DNA of 32,000 nucleotides, from assembly GCA_001695645.1 (NCBI GenBank), contig LVZN01000012.1, positions 150,001 to 182,000 of the forward strand, written 5' to 3'. The stretch is from Erysipelotrichaceae bacterium MTC7 (lineage in GTDB: Bacteria > Bacillota_I > Bacilli_A > Erysipelotrichales > Erysipelotrichaceae). The position numbers were made by a program, and so were the translations under genes. This document shows, one piece after another, positions 25,344 to 32,000 of this stretch (its first letter is position 1; every line of letters begins with the position of its first letter). The notes under the pieces were generated by a model. It worked only from the letters and a program-made list of their open reading frames with translations. It searched no databases and was not told where the DNA came from.

Positions 25344-26045
25344 ATGAACGCACAAGACATCATTAACTATATTAAAGACACAAAAAAGAAAACACAGGTA
25401 AAAATCTATATCAATACTACAAAACCAATTGCATTTACAGATTGTCAAATGTTTGGAAATGCACCAAGTTATATTTTGATTGGTGAGTGGGATACATTAA
25501 AAGTGCAACTTGATGCACATCAAAAAGATATCACAGATATATTTATAGAAAATGATGGGCGAAATACAGCAATTCCATTGCTTGATACAAAAAATATAAA
25601 TGCACGAATTGAACCGGGTGCCTTGATTCGCGAACAAGTAGAAATTGGAGATCATGCAGTCATTATGATGGGTGCAATCATCAACATTGGTGCAATCATT
25701 GGTAAAGAAACAATGATCGATATGGGCGCAATTCTAGGTGGTCGTGCCATCGTAGGTGAACGTTGTCACATCGGTGCAGGAACGGTGCTTGCTGGCGTTG
25801 TTGAACCTGCTAGTGCAACACCTGTGGTTGTAGAAGACGATGTCTTAATCGGCGCTAACGCAGTTGTCATTGAAGGTGTTCGCATTGGAAAAGGAGCCGT
25901 TGTTGCTGCTGGTAGCGTGGTCTTAGAAGATGTTGCTGCTGGTATGATGGTTGCAGGCACACCAGCACGTGTCATCAAGGCTGTCGATCAACAAACGGCA
26001 AGTAAAACCGGTCTAGAAGATGCCTTACGTAAGTTGAATACATAA
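25344..26045 (+). CDS. dapH: 2,3,4,5-tetrahydropyridine-2,6-dicarboxylate N-acetyltransferase (DapH type)
   Basis: 233 aa. N-terminus [24 protein letters not shown] resembles Bacillus DapH (YkuQ). The C-terminal half is left-handed beta-helix hexapeptide repeats. GAGG RBS. Confidence 0.8.
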   Translation: MNAQDIINYIKDTKKKTQVKIYINTTKPIAFTDCQMFGNAPSYILIGEWDTLKVQLDAHQKDITDIFIENDGRNTAIPLLDTKNINARIEPGALIREQVEIGDHAVIMMGAIINIGAIIGKETMIDMGAILGGRAIVGERCHIGAGTVLAGVVEPASATPVVVEDDVLIGANAVVIEGVRIGKGAVVAAGSVVLEDVAAGMMVAGTPARVIKAVDQQTASKTGLEDALRKLNT

Positions 26046-26066
26046 GCCTCCATTTGGAGGCTTTTT
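26044..26066 (+). terminator. rho-independent terminator of the lysine operon
   Basis: Perfect stem AAGCCTCC-attt-GGAGGCTT followed by a T-run. Confidence 0.85.
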
Positions 26067-26219
26067 ACTTATATGTATTTTATTAACAAATGGCGTTAAG
26101 GGCATAAAGCAAGAAATTCGTGACATCCTTTTCTTACGGCAAAAGAAACTCGATATAATGAGAACACTTGTAATATGAATTCTAAAAGCGTATTGGAGGA
26201 TATAGAAAAGGAGGTTTTC

Positions 26220-26792
26220 ATGATAGAGAAAGCGAAGACAATACAACTTGTTAGAAACGTAAAAAAGGGGGATGAAGCAGCATTTACAATGCTATATGAT
26301 GCATTTCAAAAAAATGTATTCTTTTGGGGATTTTATTATTTTACAGATAAGGAGAAAGCTTTGGATATCGTTCAAGATGTCTTTACCATTGTTTGGAAGA
26401 AAATACACTCACTAAAAGATGATGGTGCATTTTATACGTGGTTAAGAACCATTACACTTAATGTATGTAGAAATGAAGAACGCAGAGATAAATTAGAAAT
26501 TTGTGAATTGTACGATTTTTCAATGGAACAGTTTGCCACAAAAGAATCAAACATGCAAAACATTGATTACCATCTCTTTTTAGATTTGGTAAAACGTTTA
26601 ATTTTTGAATTGAAAGAAAGTTTACGCCTTGTTGCATTTTTACATTTTATTAGAGATTATGAACCGGTGGAAATAGCACGTATGTTAGATATACCACTTG
26701 GAACCATTCATTCAAGGCTTCATCGCATTCGTTTGGATTTACGTTATTTACTAACGCAAAATGGATATGGGTATACATGCAACGAAGCATAA
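26220..26792 (+). CDS. sigma-70 family RNA polymerase sigma factor (ECF/group 4-5 like)
   Basis: ATG 26220 is preceded by AAAGGAGG. Region 2 reads DIVQDVFTIVWKKIHSL...FYTWLRTITLNVCRNEERR. Region 4 HTH reads PVEIARMLDIPLGTIHSRLHRIR. About 190 aa. Confidence 0.8.
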   Translation: MIEKAKTIQLVRNVKKGDEAAFTMLYDAFQKNVFFWGFYYFTDKEKALDIVQDVFTIVWKKIHSLKDDGAFYTWLRTITLNVCRNEERRDKLEICELYDFSMEQFATKESNMQNIDYHLFLDLVKRLIFELKESLRLVAFLHFIRDYEPVEIARMLDIPLGTIHSRLHRIRLDLRYLLTQNGYGYTCNEA

Positions 26793-26793
26793 G

Positions 26794-26827
26794 AAAAAAG
26801 CAGTTACGCTTGGGTAGCTGCTTTTTT
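26794..26827. terminator. bidirectional terminator between the sigma factor gene and rnj
   Basis: AAAAAAGCAGTTA / TAGCTGCTTTTTT stem with flanking A and T runs usable on both strands. It covers the rnj stop codon. Confidence 0.7.
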
Positions 26828-28633
26828 GGGTTGTTGTTTCTTTTTTGGTTTTGGTTTAGGATTCTTATTGCGATTTTGCATTTCCTCAATGGCCTCCACC
26901 GAGTTAAGGATTACAGGAATCACAATCGGGTTACGATGTGTTTTTTCATATAAGAATGGCTCAAGGGTACGGCGAACCGTATTCTTGATTCCACCAAAGC
27001 TTACTTTACCTTGCATATATTCTTTCAAGGCTTCAAAGACAACTTGTTCTGCTTCTTTTAGTAACGATTGTGAATCTTTAATAAAGACAAATCCACGCGT
27101 AACTAAAATCGGTTTAGAAACAATTTTGTTTTTTCTTGAATCGATTGGGATGATGACTGAGACAAGCCCACTATCACCCAAGATTTGACGATCTTTTAAG
27201 ACAGCAGTAGAGATTCCTGAACTGTCATTACCATCCACATAAATATCATCTGCATCAAAACGTAGAGAACTTCTAAACATTTTGTGGTTACGTAAGACAA
27301 GTACATCACCATTTGCACAAATAAAGATGTTTTCTCTTGGTACCCCTGTTTCAACTGCGCTTTCTGCGTGTTGTTTTAACATTTTGTATTCACCATGTGC
27401 AGGCATGAAATATTTAGGCTTCATCAATTGAAGCATTAGTTTTTGTTCCTCACTGGAAGCGTGTCCAGTTGTATGTAAGTTGTTTAAAATAGAGTTTGTT
27501 AATACGTTTGCTCCATTGCGATATAACTTATTGATAACCGTGTTGACACTTTGGTTGTTTCCAGGAATTGGACTACTTGAGAAAATAATCGTATCCGTTG
27601 GTTGTAAACGAATGTGACGGTGTGTTCCCGCTGCAATTCTTGAAAGGGCAGCAAGTGGCTCACCTTGTGATCCGGTACAAACAATACATGTCTTATCCGC
27701 TGGGTAATGATTCAATTGGTCAGGTGATAACAAGTTTGCATCTTTAATTTTGATTTTTCCTTGTTTACGTGCGACTTCAAGTACATTTTCCATAGAACGA
27801 CCAAAGACGGCAACTTTACGCCCGCAGGCAACAGCTGCTTCTAAGATTTGTGCTAAACGGTACACGTTGGAAGCAAATGTCGCTACAATGATACGTCCAT
27901 CAGTTTTCTTAAAGATGTCCAAGATTTGTCCAGCGACTTTCTTTTCCGATATTGAAAATCCTTCAACACCAGAGTTGGTTGAGTCACTAAGCAATAAATC
28001 TACACCGATTTGTCCGATGTAAGCCATCTTTTGATATTCTGAGTTCGTACCGACAGGTGTTAAGTCAAATTTAAAGTCTCCTGTAGTTACAATTCTTCCG
28101 TTATCCGTATTTACGATGATTCCAAGTGAATCTGGAATCGAGTGTGTTGTGTCAAAGAAACCACAAGTGAAGTGTTTAGTTTTCACTTTTGAATCACTGT
28201 TGATATGACGAATTTTCACATTACGTAATTTCTTTTCATCTAGTTTCTTTTGAATTAAAGCACTTGCAAATAATGGTGCGTAAATCGCATCAATTTGTAC
28301 GTGCTGTAATAAGTAGGGGATTCCACCAATGTGGTCTTCATGACCATGGGTAATCACCAAATATTTTTTCTTTTTGTTGTTTTCGACTAAGTGCTGAAAA
28401 TCAGGGATGACTGCGTCAACTCCTAATAGCTCTTCATCTGGAAAACGCACCCCAGCATCGACAATTAAAATTTCGTTTCCTTGTTCGATACAGTACATAT
28501 TTTTTCCAACCTCGCCTAAACCCCCTAGCGCATACACTAAGGTGTCAGTATTTCTAATCTTATGAAACCTATTATCGTTTTGTTGGTTTGTTTGTTTGGA
28601 TTGCGTTTTCGGTGTTTGTTTCTTTTCGTTCAT
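26804..28633 (-). CDS. rnj: ribonuclease J
   Basis: 609 aa. Metallo-beta-lactamase motif ITHGHEDHIGG, beta-CASP region and N-terminal ALGGLGEVGKNMY. AGGAG RBS upstream of ATG 28633. Confidence 0.9.
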   Translation of the reverse strand: MNEKKQTPKTQSKQTNQQNDNRFHKIRNTDTLVYALGGLGEVGKNMYCIEQGNEILIVDAGVRFPDEELLGVDAVIPDFQHLVENNKKKKYLVITHGHEDHIGGIPYLLQHVQIDAIYAPLFASALIQKKLDEKKLRNVKIRHINSDSKVKTKHFTCGFFDTTHSIPDSLGIIVNTDNGRIVTTGDFKFDLTPVGTNSEYQKMAYIGQIGVDLLLSDSTNSGVEGFSISEKKVAGQILDIFKKTDGRIIVATFASNVYRLAQILEAAVACGRKVAVFGRSMENVLEVARKQGKIKIKDANLLSPDQLNHYPADKTCIVCTGSQGEPLAALSRIAAGTHRHIRLQPTDTIIFSSSPIPGNNQSVNTVINKLYRNGANVLTNSILNNLHTTGHASSEEQKLMLQLMKPKYFMPAHGEYKMLKQHAESAVETGVPRENIFICANGDVLVLRNHKMFRSSLRFDADDIYVDGNDSSGISTAVLKDRQILGDSGLVSVIIPIDSRKNKIVSKPILVTRGFVFIKDSQSLLKEAEQVVFEALKEYMQGKVSFGGIKNTVRRTLEPFLYEKTHRNPIVIPVILNSVEAIEEMQNRNKNPKPKPKKKQQPKKAATQA

Positions 28634-28667
28634 TTACTTCTCCTTCTAACACCTTTTGACTTCATGT

Positions 28668-28676
28668 ATTATAGCA
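28668..28676 (-). promoter_or_regulatory. extended -10 promoter (TGcTATAAT on the minus strand) for rnj
   Basis: The reverse complement of 28668-28676 is TGCTATAAT, about 35 nt upstream of the rnj ATG. Confidence 0.4.
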
Positions 28677-28727
28677 CACTCTGTCAAATCCGACATGATT
28701 TTCGCCTAAAAATCCCAGGAAATCCAT

Positions 28728-28753
28728 AAAAAAAGCATGAAACATGTTCATGC
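28728..28753 (-). terminator. rho-independent terminator of def (minus strand)
   Basis: On the minus strand GCATGAA-catgt-TTCATGC is followed by T7, starting 5 nt after the def stop. Confidence 0.7.
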
Positions 28754-28757
28754 ATCT

Positions 28758-29318
28758 TTATTCGATCACGATTGGGTCGTGCAAAGTTTCCGGTCCTTGA
28801 TCTTCTTTGATTCGATCGTAGAAGAGAATTCCATCCAAATGGTCCATCTCATGCTGCATGACAATTGCTACATAGCCACGTGCACGAATGCGAACATCTT
28901 TCTTTTGTAGGTAATCATATGCTTGCACGGTGATTCGAGCATGACGAGGAACAATGCCTTCGTGAGGAATTTCTACGGATAGACAACCTTCACCATTTGC
29001 AAGATAACTATCTTGTTGGGAATGGCTGATAAGTTTTGGATTGATTAAAGCGTATTGGTCAGTGATTTCATCATTCTCATCACGAAGGACAATGGCCAAC
29101 ATTCTTTTTTTCTTTCCAACTTGAATCGCTGCTAAACCAACGGAAGGCTTAAATCCTTCTTTTTCGATTTTTTCTTCATCGGTAGATTCTTCCACGTATT
29201 GGTAAAGAGCTTGAATCAACTCTTCATCTTCCTTTGATAAAGGGAAACTTACTTCTTCAGATATTTCACGAATACGTGGATCTGAATCAAGTACTATATT
29301 TTCTGTTGTTAATCGCAT
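28758..29318 (-). CDS. def: peptide deformylase
   Basis: Motifs GLAAIQVG, EGCLSV and HEMDHLDG. The internal ATG (29318) has an AAGGAG RBS and is preferred over the ORF-track start at 29369. Confidence 0.9.
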   Translation of the reverse strand: MRLTTENIVLDSDPRIREISEEVSFPLSKEDEELIQALYQYVEESTDEEKIEKEGFKPSVGLAAIQVGKKKRMLAIVLRDENDEITDQYALINPKLISHSQQDSYLANGEGCLSVEIPHEGIVPRHARITVQAYDYLQKKDVRIRARGYVAIVMQHEMDHLDGILFYDRIKEDQGPETLHDPIVIE

Positions 29319-29434
29319 CTTATATTTCTCCTTTAAGATGTATTTTACGCAATTCTTTAAAATTTGCAAAGCATTTTGACATATTAATTCAAAATTAGCT
29401 GAATATGGTGTAAAATGTAGTGCAGGGTGATAAA

Positions 29435-30646
29435 GTGAAGAAATTTGGAAAACTATTGAGTTTAAAGATGCCAGCCATGTACGATCGTTGGATTCATGCG
29501 GCAGTAATCATATTAATTGTATTTGGAAGTATTATGGTTATTTCAACTAGCGTTGGAATGAGTGCACAAGCTCCAAATGTTGTAAGAAATACCATCATTC
29601 GACAGACGGTATTTTTAATCATATCTTATTTTGCTATGGTAAAAGTTGCACGGGTTTTTCAACTTTGGTTAAAAAACAAAAGCTTTTTATCAGTGCTTGA
29701 TGTGATTGGAGTTCTTATTGTTGGTTTATTGTTATTTGTCTTGTTATTCTCAAGTGCGGTTAATGGGGCAAAATCTTGGATTCAACTACCTGGAGGGATG
29801 GGGACCATTCAACCAAGTGAGTTTGCCAAAGCCTTTTTGATTGTCTATATGGGTGTAAACATGTATCACATAGGACCAAAACGGAAAACGTTAATGCAGA
29901 TTATTTTTCGACCAACGTTTTTCTTTGTGGCATTTGCACTACTAATTATTGCACAACCAGACTTTGGTACCATTGTTGTACTAACCATGATTTTCTTAAT
30001 TTGTAATATTGTGCCTAGTCACTATAAGTTAAGTGGCATTCAATCACTTTGCAAAATTGCACTGGCTTGTATTGTTGTTGGCCTAGCTTTTAGTATGACG
30101 CATGTGGGAATTACCATCCTTGAAGGTATTTTAGGAGAAAATAATTACCAACTTGCTCGTTTTATCAATGCCGATAATCCGTTCACAAACATCTTTGGGA
30201 CCGGATATAACTTAACGTATAGTTTATATGCAATTGCCAACGGTGGAATCACGGGACTTGGTTTGGGTCAAAGCGCTCAAAAATATGGATACTTACCAGA
30301 AGCAGAAACGGACTTTATTTTACCAGTAACCATTGAAGAACTTGGATTGTTTGGTTTATTGGTCATCGTACTTTGTTATGGAATTATTCTATATCGTCTG
30401 TTTTATTTTGCTAAACGTGCAGCCGATGATGGAACACGGATGATTCTTGTTGGAACCGCTGTTTACTTATCCATTCACTTTATTTTAAACATTGGTGGAG
30501 TTAGTGCATTTCTACCACTTACAGGAGTGCCGTTATTATTTATTTCAAGTGGTGGTAGTTCGCTATTGTCCATTATGATTTTAATGGGTGTTTGTCAGTC
30601 GATCATTTCGTTGATACGACGTCAAAGAAAGCGGGTGTTGCGATAA
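29435..30646 (+). CDS. SEDS family protein (FtsW/RodA/SpoVE-type peptidoglycan glycosyltransferase)
   Basis: About 10 TM segments. Conserved QPSEFAK, QPDFGT and LPEAETDFI motifs. The start is uncertain: GTG 29435 with AGGGTGA upstream is preferred, with GTG 29420 or ATG 29468 as alternatives. Confidence 0.8.
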   Translation: MKKFGKLLSLKMPAMYDRWIHAAVIILIVFGSIMVISTSVGMSAQAPNVVRNTIIRQTVFLIISYFAMVKVARVFQLWLKNKSFLSVLDVIGVLIVGLLLFVLLFSSAVNGAKSWIQLPGGMGTIQPSEFAKAFLIVYMGVNMYHIGPKRKTLMQIIFRPTFFFVAFALLIIAQPDFGTIVVLTMIFLICNIVPSHYKLSGIQSLCKIALACIVVGLAFSMTHVGITILEGILGENNYQLARFINADNPFTNIFGTGYNLTYSLYAIANGGITGLGLGQSAQKYGYLPEAETDFILPVTIEELGLFGLLVIVLCYGIILYRLFYFAKRAADDGTRMILVGTAVYLSIHFILNIGGVSAFLPLTGVPLLFISSGGSSLLSIMILMGVCQSIISLIRRQRKRVLR

Positions 30647-31197
30647 TGCGTATTAGTGCAGGAAGACATGGTTCACGTCGTTTAGAGTCACTGAAAGGCG
30701 ATGTAACGCGACCAACTGGAGATAAAGTAAAAGAAGCTATCTTTTCAAGCATTGGTCCTTATTTTGATGGTGGCATTATGCTTGATTTATTTGGTGGAAG
30801 TGGCGGTATGGGTCTTGAAGCAATTTCTCGTGGAATGGATTTCGCCTTTATCTGTGATAAAAATAAAGCTGCGATTCAAGTCATTAAAAAGAATGTAGCC
30901 TTGTTAAAAGAAGAATCAAATACAAGTGTCATGCAAGGGGATTATCATAAGATCTTACCTTGCTTACAAAATGAAAGCTTTCGTTTGGTCTATTTGGATC
31001 CACCATATGCACTGGATGTATATGAAGAGATTATGATGTATTTACAAGAACATCAAATGCTAAGTCAAGATGCTTATGTGATTTGCGAAAGTGATGCCAA
31101 ACTTGATTTACCAGAAGTGGTAGGACATTTACATAAACAAAAAGAAAAAGTATATGGAAAAAGCAAAATCCATATGTATAGAGGAGAAGGCGAATGA
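30646..31197 (+). CDS. rsmD: 16S rRNA (guanine966-N2)-methyltransferase RsmD
   Basis: N-terminus MRISAGRHGSRRL, SAM motif DLFGGSGGMGLEAISRG and catalytic DPPY. The TAATG start overlaps the SEDS gene stop. Confidence 0.85.
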   Translation: MRISAGRHGSRRLESLKGDVTRPTGDKVKEAIFSSIGPYFDGGIMLDLFGGSGGMGLEAISRGMDFAFICDKNKAAIQVIKKNVALLKEESNTSVMQGDYHKILPCLQNESFRLVYLDPPYALDVYEEIMMYLQEHQMLSQDAYVICESDAKLDLPEVVGHLHKQKEKVYGKSKIHMYRGEGE

Positions 31198-31673
31198 AAA
31201 AAGCAATCTATCCAGGAAGTTTTGATCCCATCACCAAAGGACATTACGATATTATTGAACGTTCCAGTAAAATCTTTGATGAAGTTGTCATTGTATTGAT
31301 GAACAATCCGGGAAAACAAGCACTCTTTAGTGTGGAAGAACGTTTGGAAATGATTAAACAAACGTGTACTAGTTTACATAATGTTAGTTTTGATATCGGC
31401 GAAGGACTTACGGTACACTATGCCAAAAGCAAAGAAGCAAATGTCATGATTCGTGGAATTCGTGCGGTTCAAGATTATGAATATGAACTTAGAAATGCGA
31501 CTGCAAATATGTGGTTGGACCCCAAAATTGAAACTTGTTTCTTTATGGCAAAACCTGAGTATTCCTTTCTTTCTAGCAGTTCAGTAAAAGAGATCGCTAG
31601 TTTTGGTGGCGATGTTAGTAAGTTTGTCAATCCGTTTGTGATTGAAAAACTACAAGAGAAATTCAAAAAGTAA
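31194..31673 (+). CDS. coaD: pantetheine-phosphate adenylyltransferase
   Basis: N-terminus KKAIYPGSFDPITKGHYDII (the T/HxGH motif). 159 aa. ATGA overlap with rsmD. Confidence 0.95.
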   Translation: MKKAIYPGSFDPITKGHYDIIERSSKIFDEVVIVLMNNPGKQALFSVEERLEMIKQTCTSLHNVSFDIGEGLTVHYAKSKEANVMIRGIRAVQDYEYELRNATANMWLDPKIETCFFMAKPEYSFLSSSSVKEIASFGGDVSKFVNPFVIEKLQEKFKK

Positions 31674-31694
31674 GAACTCGATCGAGTTCTTTTT
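31672..31694 (+). terminator. rho-independent terminator
   Basis: Palindrome AAGAACTCGATCGAGTTCTT followed by TTTT. Confidence 0.75.
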
Positions 31695-31779
31695 CTTTAC
31701 CAAGTAACGTTTTTAATGTAACATAATTGATGTAACAAGTTCCTGTATACTCAAGGTAGATAAAGAGGAGGAACGAAAA

Positions 31780-32000
31780 ATGAAAGATACATTATTAGCG
31801 AAGGAATTATTAAATGGCGTATGGGATGTGGACCACGCAGCGGTCAAACGAGCCTTAACCTATGGAGCAGATGCCAACTGGATTTTTAATGGATATCCAA
31901 TTTTGGTTCATGCTGTTTATACAAGAGATTTAGAAATGGTTGAACTATTAATCTCTCACGGTGCAAGTCAAGTGGGTGAAGCATTGGGATTTGCCTTGGA
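31780..32000 (+). CDS. ankyrin-repeat protein, 3'-truncated by the window edge
   Basis: Not in the ORF track because it runs off the window. ATG 31780 has an AGAGGAGG RBS. The translation MKDTLLAKELLNGVWDVDHAAVKRALTYGADANWIFNGYPILVHAVYTRDLEMVELLISHGAS fits the ANK consensus (GADxN...G.P.L..AV.....EMVELLI.HGA). Confidence 0.65.
   Translation, partial: MKDTLLAKELLNGVWDVDHAAVKRALTYGADANWIFNGYPILVHAVYTRDLEMVELLISHGASQVGEALGFAL

Noticed and set aside
26025-26246. 73-aa minus-strand ORF, the 11749-11964 and 19922-20137 minus-strand ORFs, and the 18981-19169 plus-strand ORF
   Set aside because: They span terminator hairpins, promoters and ends of real genes. They have no RBS and low-complexity or hydrophobic junk translations.
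1-32000. Search for mobile elements, CRISPR arrays, tRNA/rRNA genes, long direct or inverted repeats, and defence-system genes
   Set aside because: I saw no transposase, integrase, recombinase, Cas or restriction-type ORFs and no periodic repeat arrays. All ORFs above 150 aa are accounted for by the metabolic and housekeeping calls above.

Overview
Chromosomal segment from a low-GC Gram-positive (Bacillota-type) organism with the standard genetic code, AGGAGG-type ribosome-binding sites and clear rho-independent terminators. Most of it is core housekeeping. It holds the 3' part of parE plus parC (topoisomerase IV) with two small trailing genes, and a SpoU/TrmH methyltransferase. A Phe T-box leader drives pheS-pheT, and a lysine (L-box) riboswitch drives a compact lysA-dapF-dapA-dapB-dapH operon. 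Also present are an aminotransferase, an LMW protein-tyrosine phosphatase, an orphan ECF-like sigma factor, RNase J, peptide deformylase, a SEDS protein, rsmD-coaD and the start of an ankyrin-repeat gene. The one clearly non-textbook block is a 6.5-kb mannitol-family PTS operon (about 12.5-19.1 kb) with the order EIICB - MtlR - EIIB-EIIA fusion - PfkB-type 1-phosphofructokinase - 422-aa SorE-like zinc-type dehydrogenase. It has no canonical mtlD. This suggests an undescribed hexitol-1-P -> fructose-1-P -> fructose-1,6-bisP route. Smaller oddities are two probable leaderless mRNAs, a stand-alone small secreted-peptide gene, and basic low-complexity tails on RNase J. I saw no rRNA, tRNA, CRISPR array, transposase, integrase or phage genes. 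All functional calls rest on motif recognition by eye and on gene context; no database search was run.
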